The position numbers and the translations under genes were made by a program. This document shows, in pieces, positions 13,162 to 27,070 of a stretch of 64,000 nt of DNA. Source of the stretch: Octopus vulgaris (Eukaryota); the NCBI GenBank assembly GCA_951406725.2, contig OX597814.1, positions 154,876,001 to 154,940,000 of the forward strand. The letters are read 5' to 3'. The first letter of the stretch is position 1; the number at the start of each line of letters is the position of its first letter. The notes beneath the pieces were generated by a model. It was not told the DNA's origin and ran no database searches. It was given only the letters and a program-made list of their open reading frames with translations.

Positions 13162-13974
13162 TTTATTAAAGTCATCTCATCTGTTATGATGAAATAATCA
13201 CTACACATTTAATGATATATAAATCAGTTTGTTAAAGCGGCTAGTTGGCTGAATAGTTCCCGCATGTAACAAAAATGTTTGACACTATTTCTTCCGACTT
13301 CACATTCTGTGTTCAAATTCCACCGATGTCAACTTTTATTATTTTGTGGTCGATAAAATAGGCACCAGTGACATACCGGAATCGATATAATCGTCTGACC
13401 TTTCCCCTCCAAAAAATTGCTGTCCTTGTAGCAAAATCAGAAAGAATATAAACTAGTATGTATTATGTATGATATATGAAATTATTTTAGTTTGATTAAA
13501 CGAGAGAGATAGATGATGAATCATGGTTTCACGGTAAGCGAGCTTTTTGCCACTCTCTATTTCTTAGAATCAATTATTCATATAAACTATATTGTAGTAG
13601 CATGAAAGACTGTTAGTCTCTGTGGCAGCAATCATTTAGGAAAATGAAATTTCCGTCTTGAAATATTGCCGGATTTTCTTTCTAAACTAATACAAGTATG
13701 TGTGTGCGTGTGTGTGTGTGTATTATTATTGTTATTAAATTTTTACAAGAAGAGGAGTGCCAGTGACTTCAAATTACATTACCGCTGCTCTTGTAACGGT
13801 TGAATAAACATGTACTCGATTTAAAAAATAAAAATAGAAAGTCCTTTACGAAGTATAATATATTTGGAAAAAAGGAACAGAAATGGCTTTTCGTATAATT
13901 TTTTTCACTTTGATAATTAGTTGGTTATAAGTTAAAAATCTATTAAAGTGGAAAAATTATCAGAAAAGCCATTT

Positions 13975-14102
13975 CTAACCACATGGTTCCAGGCTCAGTT
14001 CCACTGCGTGGCACCTTGGGCAAATGTTTTCTACTATAGCCTCGGGACGATTAAGACCTTGTGACGGTATTTGGCAGACGGAAAAGTGAAAGAAGCCCGT
14101 CG

Positions 14103-14201
<99 letters not shown>

Positions 14202-14416
14202 TCTGTGTTTGTGTGTATTTCTGTGTCTGTGTTTGTCCCCCCACCGTTGCTTGACAACCGATGTTGTTTACATCCCCATAACTTAGCGGTTCGACAAAGG
14301 AAACCGACAGAATAAGTACTAAGCTTACAAAGAATAAGCCCTGGGGTCGATTTGTTCGACTAAAGGCGGTGCTCCAGCATGGCCGCAGTCAAATGACTGA
14401 GACAAGTAAAAGAGTA
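13975..14416 (+). mobile_element. Family B SINE with an internal (TA)n(TG)n tract
   Basis: ggttccaggctcagttccactgcgtggcaccttgggcaa...(TA)n(TG)n...ggcggtgctccagcatggccgcagtcaaatgactga. Other copies or halves at about 1400-1610 (+), 6330-6680 (-), 35232-35630 (-), 37110-37320 (+), 49650-49860 (+) and 58870-59015 (+). Confidence 0.85.
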
Positions 14417-14451
14417 TATATATATATACATATATATATATACATATATAT

Positions 14452-14749
14452 CACGTGATCACGTGACCGATCAGATGTTGCTACACATCGCTGGTCACAA
14501 TGCGTTCGCATTGTTTTAGCCTTGGAATAACACCACCCCGCTGGCTAAGCGAGCAGGTCAACAGAAGAAAGAGTGAGAGAAAAAGTGGTGAAAGAGTACA
14601 GCAGGGATCGCCACCATCTCCTGCCGGAGCCTCGTGGAGCTTTTAGATGTTTTCGCTCAATAAACACTCACAACGCCCGGTCTGGGAATCGAAATCACGA
14701 TCCTACGACCGCGAGTCCGCTTCCCTAACCACTGGGTCATTGCGCCTCC
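14452..14749 (-). mobile_element. Family C SINE with a tRNA-Arg-like head; a second copy lies at 16093-16398
   Basis: The minus-strand head ggcgcaatgacccagtggttagggaagcggactcgcggtcgtaggatcgtgatttcgattccc has A and B boxes and a TCG anticodon position, followed by a shared body. Confidence 0.85.
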
Positions 14750-14770
14750 ACATATACATATATACATACA

Positions 14771-14862
<92 letters not shown>

Positions 14863-14865
14863 AAC

Positions 14866-15490
14866 ACACGAAGGGTGGTCACAAATTATCAGCACTTTCG
14901 TCATAACATATCTTTATTATTGTCACACACCCTTCTTGCGTACTTATAGTAGTTTCTGTTGAGGTCACGTATCGAAGTTTGAGCCTGATCACGCCATTTT
15001 TCTTTCTGGCTTTACAGTGTAAACATGGCTGCCCCTCTAAGTGATGTGCACCAAAGAATAACAAAGTGCAGTGATCCGATTTCTCTGGAAAACGGGTGTA
15101 CGAACAACAGTGTTTTGCTGGCTAACAAACTGATACCAGCGATTCGCACCAAACGCCGATATCTATTGTCTAAGGAAGTATTGTTGTTGCATGACAATGC
15201 ACGCCCAGAAACGGACGCCTAGATTGTTGAAAACATTAACCAATTGGGTTTTTAGTTGCTGGAACACCACGCCTACAGATCTTGCACTTTCAGACTATCG
15301 TGTCTTTGGGCTGCTCAAAGATGGTTTACGAGGTCGTCGATTTCCTACGGATAAAGATGTGAAGGAAGCGGTGCACAAATAGTAGCAAGACCAACCAAAA
15401 CTCTTCTGTCAGGGATTACGCAAGATTGGACTGCTGGAGCAATTGCATCGAAAAGGAACGAGAATATATAGAAGAATGAGGTACTTGTTT
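14866..15490 (+). mobile_element. Mariner transposase relic (second subfamily)
   Basis: RTKRRYLLSKEVLLLHDNARP and DLALSDYRVFGLLKDGLRGRRFPTDKDVKEAV in broken frames. Confidence 0.8.
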
Positions 15491-16869
15491 ATTCCCTACT
15501 TTTGTATAAATAAATTGAAAAAACAAGTATATATATGTATGAGTGTATGTGTGTGGGTATAAATACATACACACACATACACAGAAACTCACATACATAT
15601 ACACATATACTGATATATATATATATATAAACACACGCATACATATATATATATACACACACACACACATATACATACATGCCTATGCACAGACATATTT
15701 ATTTGTATGTGCCTCATACTTAATAGGTGTATTCTTAAATGTCTGTAGCTGTAGAATTTCGTCTAAGCCTGGTTCATTAAAAGAAATATAGCGTTAAAAA
15801 CACAATATACTTCAAAGCTAGGTGAAGCGAAATCGTCCCGGAAGTGGACGAAAATGATAGATTTCGATATTTCGCATATTTTTTCTGCCCATCGGTGTCG
15901 TGAACTTAGCCTGCCTCCGAAACAAATCTGCAACTGTGTGCCAGAAGTATATACACATTGTAAAGTCTATTTTGTTGTAGAACAAAATTCCAGTTTTGTG
16001 TTAGAAGCCGCTCAATAATTTAAACGTTATCAATATCACATACTTAGTCTAATGTTTACATTACTGAGTTGCTTCGAACACGAAATTGATTACCGTGATC
16101 ACCGTGACCGACCAGGCTATCAGATGTTGCTACATATCGCTGATCACAATGCGCTTCGCATTGTTTTAGCCTTCAAATGACGCCACCCCACTGGCTAAGC
16201 GAGCAGGCCGACAGAAGAAAGAGTGAGAGAAAGTTGAGAGAAAGAGTACAGCAGGGATGCCCCCCCCCCCCTGCCGGAGCCTCGTGGAACTTTAGTTGTT
16301 TTCGTTCAATAAACGCTCACAACTCCCGGTCTGGGAATCGAAACCGCGATCCTACAACCGCGAGTCCGCTGCCCTAACCATTGGGCCATTGCGCCTCCAA
16401 TAGATATGTATATGTATATATATGTGTGTGTGTGTGTGAGTGTATGTAAATATGTATGTGTGTGTGAGTGAGTGTGTGCTCCCCAGCACATTTCATCCAT
16501 TCACATTAATGCCTATAAAGTGTCTTTACATATGCTACTTATCTATTTCGCCTCCCAGACAAGAATCCTCTATGTTTATTTGTATCACCTTTAGACTGTA
16601 GGAGACTTCATTTCATGTTTCATATTTTATTTATCATTTTTAATTTTGTTTTCACAACTGAAATTCTCTGTGTTTTTATGACTGAAACAACCCTCAGTAT
16701 ACTAAATATTTCTAGTAAACGACGAAGAATACAAGGAAGATTTTCTATTATAAATATAACCTTTACATTTATACAAAAAAATTTTTTCTAGCACAAATTT
16801 GTGACAAAAACAATGCGCACAGAACCATTCAAGTGATGCAAAACACACATTTATCGTAATCAAGACGAA

Positions 16870-16973
<104 letters not shown>

Positions 16974-18781
16974 GTCTGTCTGTCTGTTTGTCTGTCTATT
17001 TATCTATCGATCTATCAATGCGTGTGTTGCGCATACGGGCACACACGCGCGCGCGCAGATACTCAGCCATTTATCCTGGTGTCGTTTAATGTATGATCAA
17101 CCATATAAATTCAAGTGTTCCATCTATATGCTCTTCATTTTAATTTCAGGTAATACATCCGAGACAACTGTATCCTATATTGTTTTCCCTTTTTGAAAAG
17201 AGGTAGGATGTGATTTTGACTAGTATTTGGCTGTTACTTCTAGCAGGTCCAGAAATCCCATACAGCCTTCCTCGCTGGCTTCCTAGTAATTCTGGGAACA
17301 TAGTTAAGTGTTTCAAATAGATTTAGCTCACCTTTTCAAATGAAACTTATTATGGTAGCAATACAATGTACCTTATAAATAAATATATTAATACAGAGTC
17401 AAATGCATATAAATGAAATCTCGCAGTGAACTTAATTCCACAAGGGCCATTTCAGCATACCTGAATACCGAAAACTCTTGTAGATTTTTCATATCGAGAA
17501 AAATCCGATATCAAAATAATCATTAAAAATCTATCAATAGACAAGGAGAGATCATAAGTGAATCCTTTCTTAGTACATCACATTCTGAATAAATTATAAC
17601 TTACACTGAATAAACCATAGCATTATTTAGTAAATCAAGTCACACACACATAATTTGGCATTATAATTACTAATTACTTGTTCAATTCAGTAGATAACTC
17701 GGAAGACCTTTTGTGGTCACTCGACCTGTTAGGTATAGGAGTTAAATCTTTTTCAAATTACACTTGACACTGTTTAAAATCATAGGCTACACTGGATAAT
17801 GTAACTCCGATACACGTCTTAGAAATTATTAGATTATTTTGTCATACAATCTCATACATATACATACACATACGCAGACACTAGTGTCTACGGATGTGTG
17901 TATGTTTGTGTCCGAAATACAGTATGTACACGAGTAGAAATACATAAATACTTGGAACAATAAAACGATATATAATCATTCACACACGTTAAAACTTACA
18001 GACACCCACGATATGTATCGACACATCTAGATATGTTCTCGTTCGTGTGCGTACCTACAACACTACTTACATAATGTGACAGGGTTTTAAAAAACAATAT
18101 ATTGCTCGCTTCCTGTTAGGGGTCGAACAAACGTCACTTTATTTTATTTTATCATCATGTTTGTTTATTTTCATTAATCAAACTCCTTATTTTGCTAGTA
18201 ACTCTATCTGTTACTAACCGACAATTCACGTGCGGCAACGGAAAGAAAGTTTATTTTTCATTGCGATATGTTACATACGTCGCCTTTTGATAACCATCAC
18301 TTCTTTGCCTCTCTTGAAATAAATAATAAAAATAACATAAAATAAGAAAAAAAGACGATTTACTCCTGTAAATCTGGTTTTATAATGTAAAATATTCTCT
18401 TTGTAAGTCAGAGCATAATTTTATTCCTTCTTACAATTACTAAAGCGATTATAGTAAAATGGCGGTAAGTTTCCAGTAAGCAGAATGCATTATTTCTTGT
18501 TTACTTCTTTGCTATAACTATTTTACTACTGTAAGAAATCCAGTAACGGTGTAGTCTGGGTAAATTTAGTGTCGGAACAGTAATTATATATATTTAGGTT
18601 AGATTGCGAGTAAAACAAGGGATAAAAAATGCAACGCAAAAGACTAGCAAGAGCAAAGAGTCAATGTATTGTGCTGTGATTGAAAGTAAAAGTATTAAGG
18701 CTTCAGTTATTCGCTTTTTGCCAACGTAGATGAAATATAAACAAATTTAGATAAGAACTGTATTTATAGTTGAAAGAATAC

Positions 18782-18839
<58 letters not shown>

Positions 18840-18857
18840 AATTGTTGTTGTTGTTGT

Positions 18858-19500
18858 AAGTTGGCTAGCTAGCAGAATCGTTAGCGCGCCGGACGAAATG
18901 CCAAGCGGTAATTCGCCAGACGCTACGTTCTGAGTTCAAAATCCGACTTTAACTTTCATCCTACGCGTGCAGTCTAGATATAAACTGTTTCGCTCTTAAG
19001 AGAATCTGCAATGATTTTGGTCACTAGTTTTCACCCTCGGAATACCGTGTAAATTTCTCTAAATTTCTCCTCCTTCCTTCTCCCCCAACCTCAACCAGTA
19101 TGTACGTGCTTACCTGTATGGACGTGTGTGCGCGCACGCTCAGTTTGACTATCAGTATTTCACATCATTACAACTTTAGAGGAAATTCAGTTTATTAATT
19201 GTCAAGAGGTGAAAAATAATATTGAATATCTATTTGTTTCTAAACCCGAAGAATTTTATGCCAGACTTATGGCATTATCTAATCGATAATGTAAGATGGT
19301 GAGCACGCCAGGCGAAATGCTTAGTGACCGAAATGCGGTATGTCGTCTGTCTTTACGTTCTGAGTTCAAGTTCCTTCGAGGTCAACTTTGCTCTTTATCC
19401 TTTCAGGATCGATAAATTAAGTACCAGTGAAACACTAGGGTCGACGTAGTCGAATAGTCCCCTCCGCACAAATTTCAGGTCTTGTGCCTTTAGTAGAAAG
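18858..19500 (+). mobile_element. Two family A SINEs (18858-18962 truncated; 19293-19500)
   Basis: Same head and central domain as the other family A copies. Confidence 0.75.
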
Positions 19501-19647
19501 AACTATGTTATCGATAATGTAAGGAAATATTATCTTGATGAAATATATCAATTAAAATCAAAGAAGCATCTTCTATTTTCCAATCTTGATATGCGACTGG
19601 GCCTTCTTTCCAACCAATATGTGTGTGTGTGTGTGTGTGTATTTGTA

Positions 19648-20390
19648 TTGGGTCATCCCACAAATAATGCGGTTTTTATGCTTTATATTTCAGAATTAAG
19701 ATCAACAAAGTTCTTTTTAATATATAAATATATTCTCCATTTTCTAAAATGCTTTTCCATCCATCTGGTAAACTTGCAAAGCACCTCTTCCAAAATTCAT
19801 TTGTCCGTGATGACAAATACTCTTTCAGTACTGTTCTGATATCGTCGACAGAATTCATATATTTCCGTGCAGATGATTTTAAAGACTGCGGATTAAATGT
19901 CGATGAATGGTTGAATGGGCGAATCCAAACTTCTCTGCTAGTTCCTCAGCAGTTACGATGGGATTTTTTTCCACTAGTATTTGAAGGACGTCCTCGTCGA
20001 GCTCTACAGATCTTCCGGGACGAGGCTCGTCTTCTAGGCTGTATTTTCTGGCTCAGAATTTCTGGAACCCCCGTTGACACTGACTTACGCTTAATATCCG
20101 ATCCCTGTATACTTCAGTAATATTCCTCGCATTTTTCGTTGCGTTGTTGTCTTTATTGAACTCATAAAGCAAAATATGTCGAATATGCTCTTTTGTCGCT
20201 TCCATTATATCTTTGAAAAAATAACTGTTAAAATCGAACTGTACTCTTCAAAACTTGTACTAAGAATAAGTACAGGGTAAAATTACTACTTGGCTTTTAT
20301 AGCAAGTTGATGCAGATAGTTTATTCTGTCCCTCTCCGACTTTTAGTTCATGCAATTACAAAAAAGCGCATTATTTATGGGATAACCCAA
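19648..20390 (-). mobile_element. Internally deleted mariner of the same family as 25097-26148
   Basis: TIRs ttgggtcatcccacaaataatgcg / cgcattatttatgggataacccaa with TA on both sides. It retains the transposase N-terminus and the C-terminal ...FWKRCFASLPDGWKSILENGEYI. Confidence 0.88.
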
Positions 20391-20441
20391 TATATATATA
20401 ATTGTATATGTATATATATGTTTAAATATATATTTATATAT

Positions 20442-21310
20442 AATTAAGGATAAAATCATTACAAGATTTTATCAAGTAGCCAATAGGTAACAAAAACCAT
20501 ATCGGTAACAATTAATACAGATATATAAATATATAAATATAGATATATATTTGTATATATGTGTGTTGGTACGTGTTTGTATATATGCGTGTTATTCGTA
20601 TGAATTTTAATAAATTTTCCCATTTATGTACAATGTGATATACTATATTGATGACAGCAAAGGGAATGAATATATATCTAAGCTAGAAAAAAGTTTTCTT
20701 TGTTCACTTTCCTCGCTTTCAAGCCCGTGCTAATGGAGTACATTCTATAGTTTTTAGAGCCATTTGTCGTCTATTTCTAGCATGTGGTACTACGTATTAG
20801 TGCTCTTATTATAATTATATTTATACAATTATATATCTGTTTCAATTGTTACCTATCTGGTTTTTATTACATGCTGGCTACTTGACAAAATCTCATAACG
20901 ATTTTATCCTTAATTATATATAAATATAAATTACTTCTATCAATATATTCACTGCAGTATTATTTTTGGCCGTAGACGCACGTGGTTGAGGTGAATGAAT
21001 TAGATTTAGCTCGTATATACGTGTGAATATATGTATATATGCGTGTGGATACGTGTTATTCGTCTGGGTATGGATAAATATTTGCATTTATATACATTTC
21101 ACTATACTATACTGATGACAGCAAAAGGATTTTATATCTGCAAGCTAGAAATCGATCTATAGTCAACACTTTAAAAAAATCTTCTTTGTTCACTTTTTTT
21201 GTTTTCAACACGTGCTAATGGAGTACATATTGTTTTTAGAGCCATTTGGCATCTATCTATATTTATTAGTACCCTTATTATAAATATATTTAAATAATTA
21301 TATCTATATT
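20442..21310. repeat. Composite repeat: an inverted pair (20442-20512 / 20844-20915) plus a diverged direct repeat of about 290 bp (20545-20835 / 21015-21310)
   Basis: aattaaggataaaatc...tcaagtagcca pairs with tggctacttga...gattttatccttaatt. The segment ctgatgacagcaaa...aagctagaaa...cgtgctaatggagtacat...ttttagagccatttg occurs twice. Confidence 0.7.
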
Positions 21311-22304
21311 TCAGACGCTTGGATGTAGTTGTGTATTTGTATGTATGTGTGTGCGTGTTATGCCCAAACTGCAAAGAAAATTACATTAGCGAAGCAAATA
21401 ATTCCCTCTGCCAAAATGCAAGAATCCACAGGCAACATATCCGAGAAGCATCTGGAAATATGCAGAGACGGAAAATTCAAAATTTTTCCCTTTTACAAAT
21501 GTGCATGGGACAATCCACAATATCGAAAAGCAATGGAGACAGTACATTTTGTATTCTAAATATGTCTCAAATATCGGAAACATAATGCTCATCTCTGTAA
21601 ATATTCAGGTTTATATGTGTGGTATTGAGATGCTCTGAGCTTTGCCTGTTATTCCAGTTTTAAGTGTTATACTTATGATTTCTAATGCAAAAAAACATAA
21701 AATTGAAAGAAGCGTGATTTTGTTTTTTCAATGCAAAACATCGAAATTACACAGTATAAACATGGAATGTTCCCAAACACATGCACACACGCACACACAC
21801 ACACACACACGCACACATGCGCACACACACATACACACACACACACATACACACGCACACACACATACTCACACACACACACTTCATCAAGGGATTCTCT
21901 CCAAAATTGAATGTTTAAAGGTAAAGAGAAGAATTTGCATTTTTTAAATTCCAAATGTGGCTCATCTCTACAAAGGTTCAGAATTATATTTCATCAAAAA
22001 ATTCTCTCCAAAATTGAATGCTTGAAAGAAAAGCGGAGACAGTACAGGAGAAAAAGGAAGAAAGAAGAAAAAATAAGGAAAAATGAGAAAAAGGAAGAAA
22101 AGGGAAATGAAAGAAAGGAAGAAGGGGAAAAGAAAGAAAGAAAGTAAAAAGACTTTCAGTGATCACCAAAGAGGTCACCAGCCTTAAACCCATTCCAGTA
22201 CAATGGTAAATGACCAAATAAATGAATGGTGGATAGGAAGGGCAATCACCCTTCTCATTCTCCCTACCTCTCTCTATCTTTCTATCAGCCTATCTACCTA
22301 ACAC

Positions 22305-22378
<74 letters not shown>

Positions 22379-22724
22379 CACCCCAAAAAATAAAACCAAT
22401 GTTCTCCTCTTCTAAACACCCCCCCCCCCCCAAAAAAAAACCCCCATCTGTTTTATATAAATGATCAAGCTGTTGGTACATTCATAAAATAAACGCACGA
22501 AAGTGCTAATAATAATGAATGAATAAAAATATTTTTTCCAAAATTCTGGCGGCCTTTATCTCAATAGTCAATATCTATACCCCACACCTAACACGCACAC
22601 ACACTCTCTCTCTTTTCTTTCTCTTTTTCTCTCTCTCTTTCTCTCCATCTCTCTCTAGATATATATATATGTGTGTGTGTGTGTGTATGTGTGTGTGTGT
22701 GTGTGTGTGTGTATAACACATAAA

Positions 22725-23825
22725 CAGAATGAGGTGAATAAATTGTCGTCTAAATTATGCAAAAATGAAAATAATACTGACATCTCATTTCAACAGTTAT
22801 ATTTACCATATTTACATAAAAATATCTTGAAATACCAAAGAGTAAATTTATTCAATAAAATATCCATTGGCTTTAGCCATGGCCTCCAGACGACTTCGGA
22901 GTCTCTTCCAAGTCTTGTGGACAATCTTCTGGTTTAAGTTGGTGAATGCTGCCATATTCCTTGCCTTCCGTTCATCTTTGATGTTACAAGAAGTTTTGTT
23001 GGTCTCTCACTCAATTGCGCCCCACACATAATAATCAAGTGGGTAGCAGTCTGGAGAGTTAGGTTGTCAGATATTAGGGGTGATATGGTCGTAAAAATTG
23101 CCTGACAGCCATGACTGGGTTTTCTTGCTTGTGTGGCATGGTGCAGAGTCCTATTACCAGACATAGGGTCTTCCAACAATCACCCTCTTGACCAAGAGAA
23201 GTACTATCTCCTTCAGGCAGAAATTTTTCTCGTCTGAGAGAAACCAAAGTATGTTCGGTTGGAGGGGATGCTTGAGTTTGTTTAAAAGCTTCGTAGCGCT
23301 GTCTTTCCTCTTGTTCTTGATGGGATAAAAATTGGCCCTTTCTCATCTTGTATGAGGAATACCGAATGTCTTTATGCACTACCTGCCTGAAAAGAAACTC
23401 AGACACTCCTATGTCCCTGGCGATGGACCTGATTGACTTGCAGGGATCATTGTCAATTATGGCTTGGATCTCACCAACAAATACAGGAGTTCTTATCAGA
23501 ACGATCAGAGTGAGTTTTCCGAGCCGCCGTACCTTCGTAATCACCAATAGACAAATCCAATTATTTCCGAATCCTCTGCGCTGTCCTCAGATTGACACCC
23601 AAACATCTGAAATGTTCGTATTCGAGCTTCCGGCACCAATGCCAAGCAGCGCAGCAAGTCGTTTCCAAATTTCTGGCAAAGTGAATAGTGTCATGGTACT
23701 GTTTTTTCTCACAGACGGTGCCTAACTGAACCTACTATGCTGTGTAGTTGACAAAATCAAAAACAAACAATGCACGTGTGTGAAATTAAAAATATAAAAT
23801 GGGACAATTTACTCATCGCACCCTG
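22725..23825 (-). mobile_element. maT-like (DD37D) Tc1/mariner element, decayed
   Basis: Terminus cagggtgcgatgagtaaattgtc plus a related left end. Translated remnants include KSIRSIARDIGVSEFL, SDEKNF, DSAPCH and NSPDCYPLDYYVWG. Confidence 0.8.
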
Positions 23826-24207
23826 TATATGATGTAATATGTGTGAGCGTATGTGTGTAATGGGAGCTTTTTAAATGTAAGAGCGGATCCCAACGGGATG
23901 AAGAGTTGGGAAGATTTTGTGAAAAGCTTGTTCTTTTTTTATCTTATAATTTTTGATATCATAATCTATTTTTGTTAATCTTCGTCATTACTTCCAGACA
24001 CACTAAAACAGAATTAGCAACAGAAAGGCACCGTTTCTTAAATCAATGTCTACTTAAAGTAATTAAAGCAATTATTCTATAGATTTAGAGGTTAGTCATA
24101 TGGAATTACGATGAACTCAAATTACTAACGAAAGTGGAAACTAGAATTCCATTGTAATATTGTGACATCCAGATATGGCAATATTGAAATTTAGTCACCC
24201 TTTACAG

Positions 24208-24269
<62 letters not shown>

Positions 24270-24277
24270 CATAGCTC

Positions 24278-24717
24278 TTGGTTTCAAATTTTAGCACAAG
24301 GCCAGCAAGGGTAAATCGATTAGATCGACCTCAGTATTCAACTGGTACTTATATTTCGTCCCGAAAGGACGAAAGGTCAAGTCAACCTCGGAGGAATTTG
24401 AACTCAGAACGTAAAGACGGACGAAATGCCGCTAATAATTTTGTCCGACATGCTAACGATTCTGCCAGCTCACCGCCTTATATATAGTATAGATATTGAT
24501 CTCAATTACAAATTTTGGCACAAGGCCAGCAATTTCGCGGAGGAACGTCAGTCGACTAGGTCGACCCCAGGGCTCAGCGGGTACTTATTTTATCTACTCC
24601 GAAAGGATGAAAGGTCAAGTCAACTTCGACGGAATTTGAACTCAGAACATAAAGACTGAGGAAATGCCGCTAAGCATTTTGACTGACATGCTAACGATTC
24701 TGCCAGCTCACTGCCTT
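24278..24717 (-). mobile_element. Two adjacent family A SINEs (24278-24479 and 24495-24717)
   Basis: Both end in ctgccagctcac.gcctta on the plus strand and share the central domain. Confidence 0.85.
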
Positions 24718-25054
24718 AAATAGAGCATAGACATCAACGAGCCATTGTTCGAGCTATTGTTCGTTTACCTGAACTGGCTATTTACTGCACGTTCACACGG
24801 TCCTCTATGTCCTTCTGTCTGATTTGGAGTACCAAATTCATGGATTTTCTTACTCTACATTAGGATTACGTTACCTTTAAATTCCTTCAGAGTACGTCAT
24901 TTCTGCACTTTGATTAAGTATATGCATACATACATGCATGCATACATACATACATACATACATACATACATACATACATACATACATACATACGTACATA
25001 CCTACATACATACATACATACATACATACATACATACATACATACATACATACA

Positions 25055-25088
<34 letters not shown>

Positions 25089-25096
25089 CATACGTA

Positions 25097-26144
25097 CATA
25101 ATACATGCGTTTTTTCAATTGCATGAACTAAAAGTCGGAGTGAGACGGGATAAACTACTTGCATCAACTTGCTATAGAAGCTGGTAGTAATTTTATCTTG
25201 TACTTATTCTTAGTGCAAGTTTTGAAGAGTGCAGTTCGATTTTAACAGTTATTTTTTCAAAGCTATAATGGAAGTAACAAAGGAGCATATTCAGCATATT
25301 TTGCTTTATGAGTTCAATAAAGGCAACAACGCCACGAAAAGTACGAGGAACATTAATGCAATATATGGGGATCGGACATCAAGCGTAAGCCAGTGTCAAC
25401 AGTGGTTCCAAGAATTCCGAGCCGGAAACTACAATTTAGAAGACAGCCTCGTCCTTTCTGGAAGATCTGTAGAGATCGACGAAGACATCCTGCAAACCCT
25501 GGTGGAAAAAATCCCATCGCAACTGCTGAGGAACTAGCAGAGAAGCTTGGAATTGCTCATTCAACCATTCATCGACTCGTATGTGCCATCGGAAAAATCA
25601 GCAAATTAGGTTACTGGGTTCCTCACAAACTTTCCGAGGCTAATCCTGTGCAGAGAGTGAATGTGTATTCACGTCTGACGAATGAACCTTCTTTGGACCG
25701 AATAGTGACTGGTGACGAGAAATGGGTTCACTATAAAAATGTCAAGCGCCGAAGAGAGTGGCTAGGGAAAGGAGAAACACCGGCACCCCAGGCTAAAGAA
25801 GGTTTTCATCCATGTAAGGTGTTGTTATCTGTTCGTTGGGACAATAGATTTAATCCAGTTTGAAACACAAACGAAACGATAACAAAGGAGATCTACTGCG
25901 AGTAGCTTGAGCGGTTTAAGACAGCGCTTGAAGAAAAACGACCATCTTTGGTTTCAAGACGAAAGTATGTTCTTCCATCAGGATAATGCTCGGCCACATA
26001 CAGCGAGGATGACATTCCAAAAGCTGGAACAGTTTGAATGGGAAGCAATGCTCCACACACCATATTCGCCGGACATTGCTCCATCTGATTATCATTAATT
26101 CCGCGGTCTTCAAAATCATTCCGACGCATTATTTTTCAGATGAC

Positions 26145-26148
<4 letters not shown>
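25097..26148 (+). mobile_element. Mariner (DD34D) element with a frameshifted transposase pseudogene
   Basis: ATG at 25268 (MEVTKEHIQHILLYEF...). Motifs WVPHKL, IVTGDEKW, FFHQDNARPH and [12 protein letters not shown] are spread across three frames. The right TIR is ...gatgacccaa-ta; the left TIR is eroded and the C-terminus deleted. Confidence 0.92.
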
Positions 26149-26191
<43 letters not shown>

Positions 26192-26207
26192 ATATATATA
26201 TATATAC

Positions 26208-26277
<70 letters not shown>

Positions 26278-26278
<1 letters not shown>

Positions 26279-26325
26279 GGCCTGCTGATGAGTACGTAAG
26301 TATGAAATCACTGTGATACAGGTCT
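26278..26325 (+). ncRNA. Type I minimal hammerhead ribozyme, copy 1
   Basis: Stem I aggcctg/caggtct; core CTGATGA (26285-26291); stem II gtac-gtaa-gtat; GAAA (26304-26307); stem III a-tca-(ctg)-tga-t; cleavage triplet AUA, with the predicted cut after 26318. Confidence 0.88.
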
Positions 26326-26757
26326 ATATTTTTTAAATGTCTTACTTTGAAAAATTGCATTCGGTGGGATTAGTAATATTTTTGGTAGAAATGACTAATT
26401 GTCCCTCTTAGCGTTTGGCATGTATATATAATGCCTTCTGGCATGTATGTATAATGCCCTCTATATATAAATTAATATGTTCAATAAGAAATAATTATTT
26501 TCGAAATTTTTTCTCTTATGAGGTTTTTACGCTATCTACCTGACAATTTCTTGTTAAGTTTTCCTTATTAAGTAGTTGTCCTTAATTGCTAAATTTTTAT
26601 TCCGAAAAAACTTTTCCTCTCCCGAAATGCAATTCGTAAAAGTTTGCCATTTGACCGGATGTAATATATGTAAACTCACCCATGTGCTTCGTTGATGTTG
26701 AACAGTTAGCTGATCGACTTAAGCGGGGCAGGGTCGTTGTTTATTTATAATGCATTC

Positions 26758-26805
26758 AGGCCTGCTGATGAGTACGTAAGTATGAAATCACTGTGATACA
26801 GGTCT
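26758..26805 (+). ncRNA. Type I minimal hammerhead ribozyme, copy 2
   Basis: Identical to copy 1 and exactly 480 nt downstream; predicted cut after 26798. Confidence 0.88.
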
Positions 26806-27070
26806 ATATTTTTTTAAATGTCTTACTTTGAAAAATTGCATTCGGTGGGATTAGTAATATTTTTGGTAGAAATGACTAATTGTCCCTCTTAGCGTTTGGC
26901 ATGTATATATAATGCCTTCTGGCATGTATGTATAATGCCCTCTATATATAAATTAATATGTTCAATAAGAAATAATTATTTTCGAAATTTTTTCTCTTAT
27001 GAGGTTTTTACGCTATCTACCTGACAATTTCTTGTTAAGTTTTCCTTATTAAGTAGTTGTCCTTAATTAC

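Larger units (their letters stand above)
12507..13311 (+). repeat. A-R-A-R-A tandem array (A = about 150 bp of flank plus SINE 5' end; R = 28S fragment)
   Basis: A units at 12507-12655, 12828-12976 and 13162-13311 (tttattaaagt...cacattctgtg). Only the third continues into the rest of the SINE (ttcaaattccaccgatgtcaac... to about 13446). Confidence 0.9.

Noticed and set aside
12619-13197. Repeated 73-aa and 85-aa ORFs (MFD.ISSGFTFCAV...)
   Set aside because: They are incidental frames across the SINE head and antisense 28S fragment.
12507-13311. Repeat-spacer pattern reminiscent of a CRISPR array or an rDNA locus
   Set aside because: The units are about 150 bp, the spacers are copies of one another, the context is eukaryotic with no cas genes, and only about 180 nt of 28S is present.
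14675-14749. tRNA-Arg-like sequences (also at about 5635-5706 and 16325-16398)
   Set aside because: They continue into shared SINE bodies and lack a complete acceptor stem, so they are SINE heads rather than tRNA genes.
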